Assembly: GCA_016202305.1 (NCBI GenBank)
Contig: JACQPB010000025.1
Coordinates: 1-60,727, forward strand
Source: Candidatus Iainarchaeum sp.
Lineage (GTDB): Archaea > Iainarchaeota > Iainarchaeia > Iainarchaeales > Iainarchaeaceae
DNA length: 60,727 nt
Direction: 5' to 3'
Shown here one piece after another: positions 17,139-24,439 of this stretch (the stretch's first letter is position 1; the number at the start of each line of letters is the position of its first letter). The notes under the pieces were generated by a model. That model was given only the letters and a program-made list of their open reading frames with translations, was not told where the DNA came from and did not search any database. Position numbers and translations under genes: made by a program.

Positions 17139-18152
17139 TCAATCCAGCGCAGCGTTGTAGGAGCAGAGCTTTTTCTTTTCAGGGTCCTTTATTTTCTCGC
17201 ATGCTTCCGATGCCCTTTTCTGCGAGCCGTATTGTGAATAGCAATCATCTGCATTGCCTATTTTGGCGCATATTGCACTGTCCGCCTTTGCAATCGCAAC
17301 CTGCGTGTAACAGCCATTCTTTACACCCTCGACTATTATGTTGCCACATATTTCCTCGTTTTTTGTATTGAGCGCTATCTCAGAGAAACATCTGCTTTGG
17401 GTGATTGCAGAGTCATTCCTGATTTTGCCGCACAATTGCTGGTTATTCGTTTCTATTGCGATTTTTTCGTAGCAACTATCATGGTAGTATTCCATGTTTT
17501 CGCACAGACTCGGGTCCTGGTTTAGGGCTGCAATTGACGCATAACACTGTTCCTTGTTATACTGTTTTTCTAGTGGGATTGATCCCTTCAGTTCGGTGTT
17601 GCCGAGCATGTCGCAGACCTTCATATCTTTTGTAAGCTTTGCTATGTCGTTATAGCAGTTCTTGATGTCATTGTAAGAGCCGGACCATTCTTGCGGTATC
17701 TTTGCGCACAAGGTCGCATCTTTTCCAGCTACTGCCACCTTTGCGAAGCATTCGCCTTTCCTGCCATAATCATTGCTTATTTTTTCGCACCCTTCAGGGA
17801 AGCCGGTTGATTCGGCTATGGCAAGGAGGCAGCTATTTTTGTACCCCCTGTAAAAATCCGTGCTTTCTTTTATTTTTTCGCACAATTCCGGTTTTTTCAT
17901 GGCTTGGGCAACTTGTGTATAGCAGCTATCCGGAGAAATTGATGTGTTACATATATCCGGGTCGTTGCTTTCTATTGCAAATTTCACGTAACATCCATCC
18001 TTTTCATACAGCCCTTTCTCTACACAAGGGTCATTTTTTGTTTGAACGCCTTGCTGGATATTTTCCCCCAATCCAGGCTTGTCAGTTATGCATCCGGAAA
18101 AAGCCAGTATAGTCATTGCCAGAAGAGCAAAAAGATACTTCACTTCTTCCAT
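17139..18152 (-). CDS. Secreted/lipobox Cys-rich tandem-repeat protein (hypothetical)
   Basis: 337 aa. 'LAFSGC' signal and about 9 degenerate repeats of C[YF]xx[IV]A...D..[IL]C. Confidence 0.5.
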   Translation of the reverse strand: MEEVKYLFALLAMTILAFSGCITDKPGLGENIQQGVQTKNDPCVEKGLYEKDGCYVKFAIESNDPDICNTSISPDSCYTQVAQAMKKPELCEKIKESTDFYRGYKNSCLLAIAESTGFPEGCEKISNDYGRKGECFAKVAVAGKDATLCAKIPQEWSGSYNDIKNCYNDIAKLTKDMKVCDMLGNTELKGSIPLEKQYNKEQCYASIAALNQDPSLCENMEYYHDSCYEKIAIETNNQQLCGKIRNDSAITQSRCFSEIALNTKNEEICGNIIVEGVKNGCYTQVAIAKADSAICAKIGNADDCYSQYGSQKRASEACEKIKDPEKKKLCSYNAALD

Positions 18153-18322
18153 TCAAAAGTTATGTGTTGTTATTGTTATTAAATCTGCTTCTCTGTCCAC
18201 CCGACGAAAACAAGCGTCGGTTTTCACATATAGTGGCTCTAGGTGTCGCCCGTTTTGTCTGCACTTCAGTCCATCGCTGATTTGGGAATAGGAATATATT
18301 ATGGCAAAGCATACATTTTTCC

Positions 18323-18853
18323 ATGGTAAAAATACCGGGGGCAAAGCAATCAAACTCTAAAAGAGAAAGGCAAGGTTCGCTAGAGGCAGCTGCCTTCGGT
18401 GCCGGCTGCTTCTGGGGCGTCGAGGAGGCCTTCAGGCAGGTTCCCGGCGTGGAGGAAACCGCCGTCGGCTACATGGGCGGCGTGAAGGAAAAACCGACTT
18501 ACGAGGATGTCTGCGCCGATGAAACCGGCCATGCCGAGGTGGTGCAGGTGAGGTTCAATCCGGCGGAAGTTTCCTACGAAGAGCTGCTCGGCATTTTCTG
18601 GGCGAACCATAACCCCACGACGCCGAACAGGCAGGGGCCGGACGTCGGTTCGCAGTACCGCTCCGTGATTTTCTTCTATACCCCTGAGCAGGGGCGGCTC
18701 GCCAGTGAATCTAAGGAAAAGGCCGGCAGCTCAGGCAGGTGGGCCGGCAGGGCCATAGTCACGGAAATAGTTCCGGCAAAGCCTTTCTGGCGCGCGGAGG
18801 AGTACCACCAGAAGTACCTGATGAAGCGCGGGCTGGAGAGCTGTCATCTCTGA
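18323..18853 (+). CDS. msrA: Peptide-methionine (S)-S-oxide reductase
   Basis: 'GAGCFWGVEEAF', 'GHAEVVQVRF' and 'GPDVGSQYRSVIFF' motifs. Confidence 0.9.
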   Translation: MVKIPGAKQSNSKRERQGSLEAAAFGAGCFWGVEEAFRQVPGVEETAVGYMGGVKEKPTYEDVCADETGHAEVVQVRFNPAEVSYEELLGIFWANHNPTTPNRQGPDVGSQYRSVIFFYTPEQGRLASESKEKAGSSGRWAGRAIVTEIVPAKPFWRAEEYHQKYLMKRGLESCHL

Positions 18854-18922
18854 ACAGTTGTTTTATTTATCAATGGCCGGCACCGACATATGTTTTAATA
18901 CTCTTGAATCATTATTTTTCTT

Positions 18923-19486
18923 ATGGGTAATTCAGCCAGATTTTCAGCATGGATGTTTGGCCGAGGTTCTCCTGGCCACATCACAAATCTAAACAAAGTT
19001 CAAAAAGGCCCAGATTTCCAGTCCGCGGTTGAAAGAACACGCGCTGCCCTAAAGGACAGAATCGATTCAGATCTCAATTCAGGAAACAATGTCATTAACA
19101 GTCACAGGTATTCTGGCCTTTCTGGTTATAGTAGAAGATTGATTATCAATCTTGCACAGGCAAGGAGGCAGGAAAAGGGAATAACTGAACGTGTGCCGCG
19201 GGGCGGCCCAAGATTTAGTTTCCCTGATATATTGAGGCAAATAGCTCGCAAGCATATAAAAAAATCAAGAAAATCAGGTAACAATTCAGTCAGTGTGAAA
19301 GAAATTGTAAGCGAATTTGCGGCATCCTCAGGACTTGTAGTTCTTCCAACCTCTTTGTATTACGTTATAAAAAGCATTGATCCGGAAATCGCTGTAAGTC
19401 TCGCGGGTTGCAAACAGCTGGTGAAATCCCTAATTGCAACTAAAGGATACAAAGAATACAGGGTTTTCAAACCGAGAAAAAAATAG
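18923..19486 (+). CDS. Hypothetical protein
   Basis: 187-aa ORF in an AT-richer block, no recognised motif. Confidence 0.35.
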   Translation: MGNSARFSAWMFGRGSPGHITNLNKVQKGPDFQSAVERTRAALKDRIDSDLNSGNNVINSHRYSGLSGYSRRLIINLAQARRQEKGITERVPRGGPRFSFPDILRQIARKHIKKSRKSGNNSVSVKEIVSEFAASSGLVVLPTSLYYVIKSIDPEIAVSLAGCKQLVKSLIATKGYKEYRVFKPRKK

Positions 19487-19565
19487 TTTTGCGGTTCGGT
19501 TTTTTCCTCGTTAGCGGGCTCTGCGTCTTTGGGTCAATATGCCGATAGCTGGGTTTCTAGGAATG

Positions 19566-19850
19566 TCATCTCTGAATCTGTTTTTTCCTTGGCCCGGTTT
19601 TTGTTTTCCAGTCCAGCAGTTTGCCAGGGTCCATGCCGAAATCCACTTCACTCGGCCTTATTCCGAATGCCTCTATCCTGTTTTTGACTGTCGAAAGGAC
19701 TTCGTAGTATGCGAGCGCCCTTCCGCCTTGGAACAACTTGTCCTTCCCGCCCTTGGCGAGGCCATATTCGGTTTTTGCTTTCTTCCCGTCCTCGATTAAC
19801 GCTCCGACAATATACGCCAAAAGCCCTTTGTAAGTTTCGTCTTTGCCCAT
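19566..19850 (-). CDS. Hypothetical protein
   Basis: 94-aa ORF, no recognised motif. Confidence 0.3.
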   Translation of the reverse strand: MGKDETYKGLLAYIVGALIEDGKKAKTEYGLAKGGKDKLFQGGRALAYYEVLSTVKNRIEAFGIRPSEVDFGMDPGKLLDWKTKTGPRKKQIQR

Positions 19851-19965
19851 AAACGGTTTTTTGCCGGATTGTTCTTATAAACCCAGTTTCTTTTCATCCT
19901 CCACGTTTAAATACACTCGTGGTCTACTATTGTAAAAGCATTTAACTGAAAGGAGGTTGATTTCA

Positions 19966-20118
19966 ATGGCAAAACCGGCATTCGGAGGTTACAGCATATG
20001 CTTCAAGGGCTGCAGTGACTCTCTCGAGAGCGTCTTCGGCTCAGGCAAGATAGCGCCTTCCGAAATGACAAAGAAGCTCTGGGCATACGTCAAGGGCAAG
20101 AACCTTTCAAGCAAGTGA
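19966..20118 (+). CDS. 50-aa SWIB/MDM2-like mini-protein
   Basis: Below the track cutoff. AGGAGG sits 8 nt upstream of the ATG. MAKPAFGGYSICFKGCSDSLESVFGSGKIAPSEMTKKLWAYVKGKNLSSK; the 'SEMTKKLWAYVKGKNL' stretch resembles the SWIB core helix. Confidence 0.4.
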   Translation: MAKPAFGGYSICFKGCSDSLESVFGSGKIAPSEMTKKLWAYVKGKNLSSK

Positions 20119-20229
20119 ATAATTCTAATTCTCCCCGCCGCTGGCGGGGCAACTATTTTTTTTGGCCGGAAATGCATGCGTGCTTGTGCCGCACCGGGCA
20201 ACCGCGCCTATTGCCGGCATTTGACGATT

Positions 20230-20913
20230 TTACAATTGCGATAATTTTTCAATATTTTTCCTCGCCTTCCCAAGGGTTTTTTCATATTGCTCCGGTGGCA
20301 GCTTTCCGTGCACGCCCTGGAGTGCGTTGAGAAAAACCCGTGAGCCTATTTTGGAGAGGATTTTTTCGGCGTCGATTTTCGCGTTGATTCGCTTTGCCAT
20401 TTTCCGTATTTTTCCGATATCCAGTTTTATTGCAGACAGCATGAAAAGGTCGCGTATGTCAGTGCTCCTTGCAGGGCAGGCCTTCATGAGAAAGAGCAGT
20501 TCGGGGTCAACGACGCGGCATTTTATTTGAATCGGCGAGCCCTTGCCGAATATCGCCTTTTTTGACGAATTCTCAAAAATCATTTTGGCAGGGAAAATGG
20601 TGCCGCTCAGCCTGTCCTCAACGGCTTGTGAAAGTATGTCGAATGTTGCGGGAGGCTCGTTTGAAGCCATAGCGGCAAATTCCCCGCCATATGGCAGTTT
20701 TCCGCCTGCGCGCTCTGAAAAGCCCCCGTTTTCAAGGAGTTTTTGGATTTTTTTGGCGTTTTTACTGTTTTGCACCACGATGTCGCAGTCGATAGAAAAG
20801 CGCGGGAGAACATAGGCATTGATTGCATACCCGCCGATGACCACAAAATCCGCTTTTTCGGAAATATGCTTCAGGGTAGAAAAAAGGAATTTTTCTCTCT
20901 CGGCAAAATTCAT
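20230..20913 (-). CDS. Nucleotidyltransferase, AbiEii-like toxin candidate
   Basis: 227 aa with 'FVVIGGYAINAYVLPRFSIDCDIVV' (GG...R.S.D.D NTase signature). 4-nt overlap with the upstream regulator-like ORF. Confidence 0.5.
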   Translation of the reverse strand: MNFAEREKFLFSTLKHISEKADFVVIGGYAINAYVLPRFSIDCDIVVQNSKNAKKIQKLLENGGFSERAGGKLPYGGEFAAMASNEPPATFDILSQAVEDRLSGTIFPAKMIFENSSKKAIFGKGSPIQIKCRVVDPELLFLMKACPARSTDIRDLFMLSAIKLDIGKIRKMAKRINAKIDAEKILSKIGSRVFLNALQGVHGKLPPEQYEKTLGKARKNIEKLSQL

Positions 20914-21554
20914 ATCGCCTCACCTGCCTTTATCACGAATTCTTCGGAAGCCGTGGTCTTTATTCCATGCCTGTTCTGGAAATACGCCAAAACATATTCA
21001 AATGCGTCCTTGTTCGATTCGCAGAATTTGACTGTCTCATCCAATGGTTCCACTGGCAAGCCATTGTGCTCGTCCACAACCATAGATTTTACTGCCTTTA
21101 AGATTACGAACTCCCCCAAGACATTTGCAGGTTCCTTTTCAAAATAATTGATTTCCAGCTTGGCCAAAAATGTGCGCCACTTCCTCAAATCCTTTCTGAA
21201 AACCTTTATGAAAAAAGGCGAGTATTCCCATGACCTTTGCATGTATGTCTGGTCGCTCCAAATCTCGGCGGCGCTAGAGCCTGTAAAGCAATAGCTCAAG
21301 TCGGATTCTTTCAAGGCATTTTCGGCCTTCGCCTCAAAAAAACCGGCAATGGCGTCCTGGGGGGTTTCACAAGTATATTTGCCCCTGCCTTTGGTCTTCA
21401 ACCATCCAGCCCCGACCAACCCGAAAATCAACTTCTTCAACATGGGCCGTGAGAAGTACCAGCGCACGCTCTCATTTGTGAACTCCTTTGTGCCGAACTT
21501 CAAGTGCAACAAGGAATACAATGAAAACTCCAACTTGGTCAAGGCGCGTGCCAT
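20910..21554 (-). CDS. wHTH regulator, AbiEi-like antitoxin candidate
   Basis: Start moved to ATG 21554 (MARALTKLEF...), which lies ~24 nt downstream of a TTTTTATA box. N-terminal wHTH-like region 'LVGAGWLKTKGRGKYT'. Paired with the NTase gene. Confidence 0.45.
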   Translation of the reverse strand: MARALTKLEFSLYSLLHLKFGTKEFTNESVRWYFSRPMLKKLIFGLVGAGWLKTKGRGKYTCETPQDAIAGFFEAKAENALKESDLSYCFTGSSAAEIWSDQTYMQRSWEYSPFFIKVFRKDLRKWRTFLAKLEINYFEKEPANVLGEFVILKAVKSMVVDEHNGLPVEPLDETVKFCESNKDAFEYVLAYFQNRHGIKTTASEEFVIKAGEAI

Positions 21555-21637
21555 GCTAATATAGCAGCGCAGGAGGTATAAAAAGGTTACCATTAGGGTA
21601 ACCAGATTTGGAGGGAGATTTTCGCCATGCAGCAAGG

Positions 21638-21707
21638 CGCGGAGGTGAGCGCAAACCCAAAATTTCAAACCAATAGTAGTAGCCTTTGTTTGAGTTGTTT
21701 ACTATTG
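21638..21707. repeat. Repeat family B, copy 1 (decayed tRNA-Ser 3'-end-like segment + conserved stem-loop)
   Basis: About 77% identical to 30939-31008 by manual alignment. On the minus strand it ends ...TGGGTTTGCGCTCACCTCCGCG, resembling the T-arm and acceptor of the tRNA-Ser(CGA) gene 440 nt away. Confidence 0.7.
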
Positions 21708-21719
21708 CGTGTATTTTGG

Positions 21720-21941
21720 CTAATATTGGTTTCGCCTGAGTTTATAGGAATGTAAAGTATAAGGTTCCGTAACTTCTCCCGGTCTTCTAAAAGTGGCAAT
21801 AACTGGTTTTCCAGATGGGTGGCCAGCTAATTTTACATTGACAAAGATGTTTTGCGCTCTAGGATAAACCTCACCAACTCTATTCATTACAGGTCTGCGT
21901 CGTTTAGTATCAAACCTTCCCGCCATTTCTTTAGCTCGCAA
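21720..21941 (-). CDS. Basic hypothetical ORF; frame stays open to 22051 without a canonical start (possible gene fragment)
   Basis: Track ORF of 73 aa starts at TTG. My extension gives GKPIGKSRLARRVKVPLWDPKLVRDPDIYSRHPIFKILRAKEM... with no ATG/GTG/TTG upstream. Confidence 0.25.
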   Translation of the reverse strand: MRAKEMAGRFDTKRRRPVMNRVGEVYPRAQNIFVNVKLAGHPSGKPVIATFRRPGEVTEPYTLHSYKLRRNQY

Positions 21942-22147
21942 AATTTTGAAAATTGGGTGTCTTGAATAAATATCCGGATCTCGAACAAGTTTTGGGTCCC
22001 ATAGAGGAACTTTAACTCTCCGTGCTAATCTACTTTTCCCAATGGGCTTCCTTACTGGGCTCTGCCTCTTCCTGGGGTCATACTTAGAGAACAGATTAAG
22101 TCAAATATATACTTTTCCTTATGGTGCGATTGGAACCAACGGGAATA

Positions 22148-22233
22148 CGCGGAGAGTGGGATTCGAACCCACGCTCCCTTTCGGGATCTCGCTCTCGAGG
22201 CGAGTGCCTTTGACCAGGCTCAGCCATCTCCGC
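22148..22233 (-). tRNA. tRNA-Ser(CGA), class II, no intron
   Basis: GCGGAGA-TG-GCTGAGCCTGGTCAAAGGC-A-CTCGC-CTCGAGA-GCGAG-ATCCCGAAAGGGAGC-GTGGG-TTCGAAT-CCCAC-TCTCCGC-G. Confidence 0.85.
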
Positions 22234-22284
22234 ACTAAACCGAAGCATTGAAGGAAAAGTGTCGGGAACGGTTTAAAATGGTTG

Positions 22285-22938
22285 TTAGGGGGCTTCCTGC
22301 AACTCCTTCACCGCGGCCTTTACTCCCTTCGGGTGCCTGAAGAGGAACGTGCCCGCGACGAGGATGTTGGCTCCGGCCTGTACGCATTTCTTTGCCGTGC
22401 CGGCGTTGATTCCGCCGTCCACCTCTATTTCGCACAGCGCGCCGTCGGCATCTATTTTTTTGCGGATTGCGGAAATCTTTTCGAGCGCCTTCGGGTTGAA
22501 TTCCTGGCCCCCGAGGCCAGCTTCCACGCTCATTACAAGCGCTAGGTCGGCGTGGCCGAGGTAGGGGAGTATTTCCTTTGCCGGGTTTTTATTGTTGATT
22601 GCGATGCCGGCCTTCATGCCGTGGTCCACTATGGTTTCGATGAGCCTGAGCGGCGCCTTAGTGGTTTCGACGTGGAAAATGAGGAGCGTGTTGCCTATTT
22701 CCGCGAATTCCCTGACATATGCTTCCGGATTCCTGACCATGAGGTGCGACTCGAAAAGGAGTTTCGTCTCTGGGCGCAGAGTGCGTATGTGCTTTTTGTC
22801 CACGCCTGCATTATGGACGTACTTCCCATCCATGATGTCGAATTGTATCCTGTCCACTTTGGCGCTTTCAAGTTCCGGCAGCCACTGCTTCCATTTGGAG
22901 AAATCCGCGTTCAGCACCGAGGCCGCGATTTTGGGCAT
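22285..22938 (-). CDS. rpe: Ribulose-phosphate 3-epimerase
   Basis: 217 aa with 'FDIMDGKYV', 'ESHLMV', 'VMSVEAGLGGQEF' and 'IEVDGGIN'. Confidence 0.88.
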   Translation of the reverse strand: MPKIAASVLNADFSKWKQWLPELESAKVDRIQFDIMDGKYVHNAGVDKKHIRTLRPETKLLFESHLMVRNPEAYVREFAEIGNTLLIFHVETTKAPLRLIETIVDHGMKAGIAINNKNPAKEILPYLGHADLALVMSVEAGLGGQEFNPKALEKISAIRKKIDADGALCEIEVDGGINAGTAKKCVQAGANILVAGTFLFRHPKGVKAAVKELQEAP

Positions 22939-22978
22939 AAACTAGTATCGTCTCCTTGGATTATAAAATAATGCCGGC

Positions 22979-23710
22979 TTATCCTATTATTTTCCCGCCG
23001 TCAATTTCGAGGCCGTCATTGGGGATGGAGCAGTACGCAATCCACTTTCCGCGCTTTTCCGAAAGGCATTTCGACTTCACTTCCCCGACTTCAAAATCGC
23101 CGCGCGTCGCTCTCATCGGCTCGGAGACGAAGGCCATGCGCACGAGCCTTTTCGGCGGCCTGCCGCGCCGTGTCACCTTCACTGCTATTTCCTGGCCGAG
23201 GAAGCAGCCTTTCGTGAAAGAGACAGCGTCCTGCCAGTCGGTGTTCATTATCATTTCGCTGTCGAATTCGACTCCTTGCAGGGAGAGGCCGTTCTCGATG
23301 CGCCATTCCAGGAATTCGGGCTCGCCCATCCTTTCCATGTCGTGCGGGGGAAATTCCGAAAGCGAGATGCCGCAGTTCTTTTCCGGGATGCTTATGCATG
23401 TGCCTTCCTGCGGCCCTTTTCCCGCCACGAGGAATGCGTGCAGGTTAGTTTTATCGAGGCTCGCCTTTCCGATGGCGAGGTATTTTTTCAGGTGTACGTC
23501 AAGCCTTGCGGTGAATTGCTCCGGCAGGGCGATAAGAAGGCCGTCTTCTGTTCGGACCTGGAAAAACGCCGCTACTGTCCTGCCATAGACGTCAAGGAAG
23601 GCGTTGCGCGGCGATTGGGGCGTATTAGAACTCAGGCCATTCATGAGCTTTTCCCACCTGCCGCAGAGCTTGAGGACAGTGAACGGCATTTCGAAATATT
23701 TTCCTTCCAT
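22979..23710 (-). CDS. Folate-binding YgfZ/GcvT-family protein
   Basis: 243 aa with the signature 'FTKGCFLGQEIAVKVTRRGRPPKRL'. Confidence 0.7.
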   Translation of the reverse strand: MEGKYFEMPFTVLKLCGRWEKLMNGLSSNTPQSPRNAFLDVYGRTVAAFFQVRTEDGLLIALPEQFTARLDVHLKKYLAIGKASLDKTNLHAFLVAGKGPQEGTCISIPEKNCGISLSEFPPHDMERMGEPEFLEWRIENGLSLQGVEFDSEMIMNTDWQDAVSFTKGCFLGQEIAVKVTRRGRPPKRLVRMAFVSEPMRATRGDFEVGEVKSKCLSEKRGKWIAYCSIPNDGLEIDGGKIIG

Positions 23711-23769
23711 TACGCCCTTGTGCTGCGAATCGTTAAAAAGGGGATTTGGCGTGGCTTTCGTAAAACGCC

Positions 23770-24174
23770 TTGTTTTGGCAAAAGCTATGTTTAAATATCC
23801 TGCACAGGACTGTCCAATATAATGGTGGTTTCTTGCCTAAGTCAAAGTCTCGAGTTTCGAAATCCGGAAATAAGAAGGCTGCTTCACGCTCTAAATCAAT
23901 CGCGGCCAAAGCTGCAAAAGCGGCCAAGGATGAATGCTCCTGTGGTTCCGAGGGGTGCGAATGTGGCTGTGATTGCTGCAAAGGCACATGCGACTGCAAG
24001 GAAGGCCATGAATGCGAATGCTGCTCCGGGGACAAGGGCGGCGCGAAAGAGTGCTGCTCCGATACGGAGCATACTGAAGGGTGCGGCTGCGAAAGTGTAG
24101 AGGGGAAGCAGGGGAAGGGTACGGAAGGAAAGCATGGTCACAAGCACGATAGCGATTGCGGCTGCTGTGGCTAG
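23770..24174 (+). CDS. Metallothionein-like Cys-rich protein with Lys-rich N-terminus (start uncertain; TTG 23833 possible)
   Basis: 19 Cys in the last ~80 aa ('DECSCGSEGCECGCDCCKGTCDCKEGHECECCSG...DCGCCG'). Strong RNY codon periodicity in this frame. The competing frame 23822-24100 gives Ala-rich low complexity. Confidence 0.55.
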   Translation: MFWQKLCLNILHRTVQYNGGFLPKSKSRVSKSGNKKAASRSKSIAAKAAKAAKDECSCGSEGCECGCDCCKGTCDCKEGHECECCSGDKGGAKECCSDTEHTEGCGCESVEGKQGKGTEGKHGHKHDSDCGCCG

Positions 24175-24200
24175 AATTTTCTTCGTGATGGGGTGGTATA

Positions 24201-24371
24201 ATGGTTTTTGTCAATCTTGATAAGAAACCCAAGAAGCAGGGTCAGGCCTCTGCTTCGCAGTATGGCAAGGTATTCAAGTGCATGAATTGCGGCAGCGTGA
24301 TTGAGCAGCCCGTCGGCATTTACGGCAGGCGCTTTTGCAGCACGAAATGCCAGGAAGAGTACCTCGGATGA
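24201..24371 (+). CDS. 56-aa TRASH/FCS-type zinc-ribbon mini-protein
   Basis: Below the track cutoff. MVFVNLDKKPKKQGQASASQYGKVFKCMNCGSVIEQPVGIYGRRFCSTKCQEEYLG, with a C-x2-C-x15-C-x3-C pattern. Confidence 0.5.
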   Translation: MVFVNLDKKPKKQGQASASQYGKVFKCMNCGSVIEQPVGIYGRRFCSTKCQEEYLG

Positions 24372-24439
24372 TGCCCTGCTTTTTTCGGCGATTAACGTAT
24401 ACAGTATCTTAATATAGGTGTTTGCCTAATTTAGACACG

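Noticed and set aside
21555-21668. N-terminal 38 codons of track ORF 20910-21668 (MKFWVCAHLRALLH...)
   Set aside because: This stretch overlaps repeat family B copy 1 and lies upstream of a TTTTTATA box that is correctly spaced for the ATG at 21554.
23822-24100. 92-aa ATG-initiated ORF ideally spaced from a TATA box, overlapping the Cys-rich frame
   Set aside because: Its product is Ala/Arg-rich low complexity with no RNY periodicity, whereas the other frame shows patterned Cys clusters and a longer ORF. It is kept as a caveat, because the promoter spacing favours this ATG.
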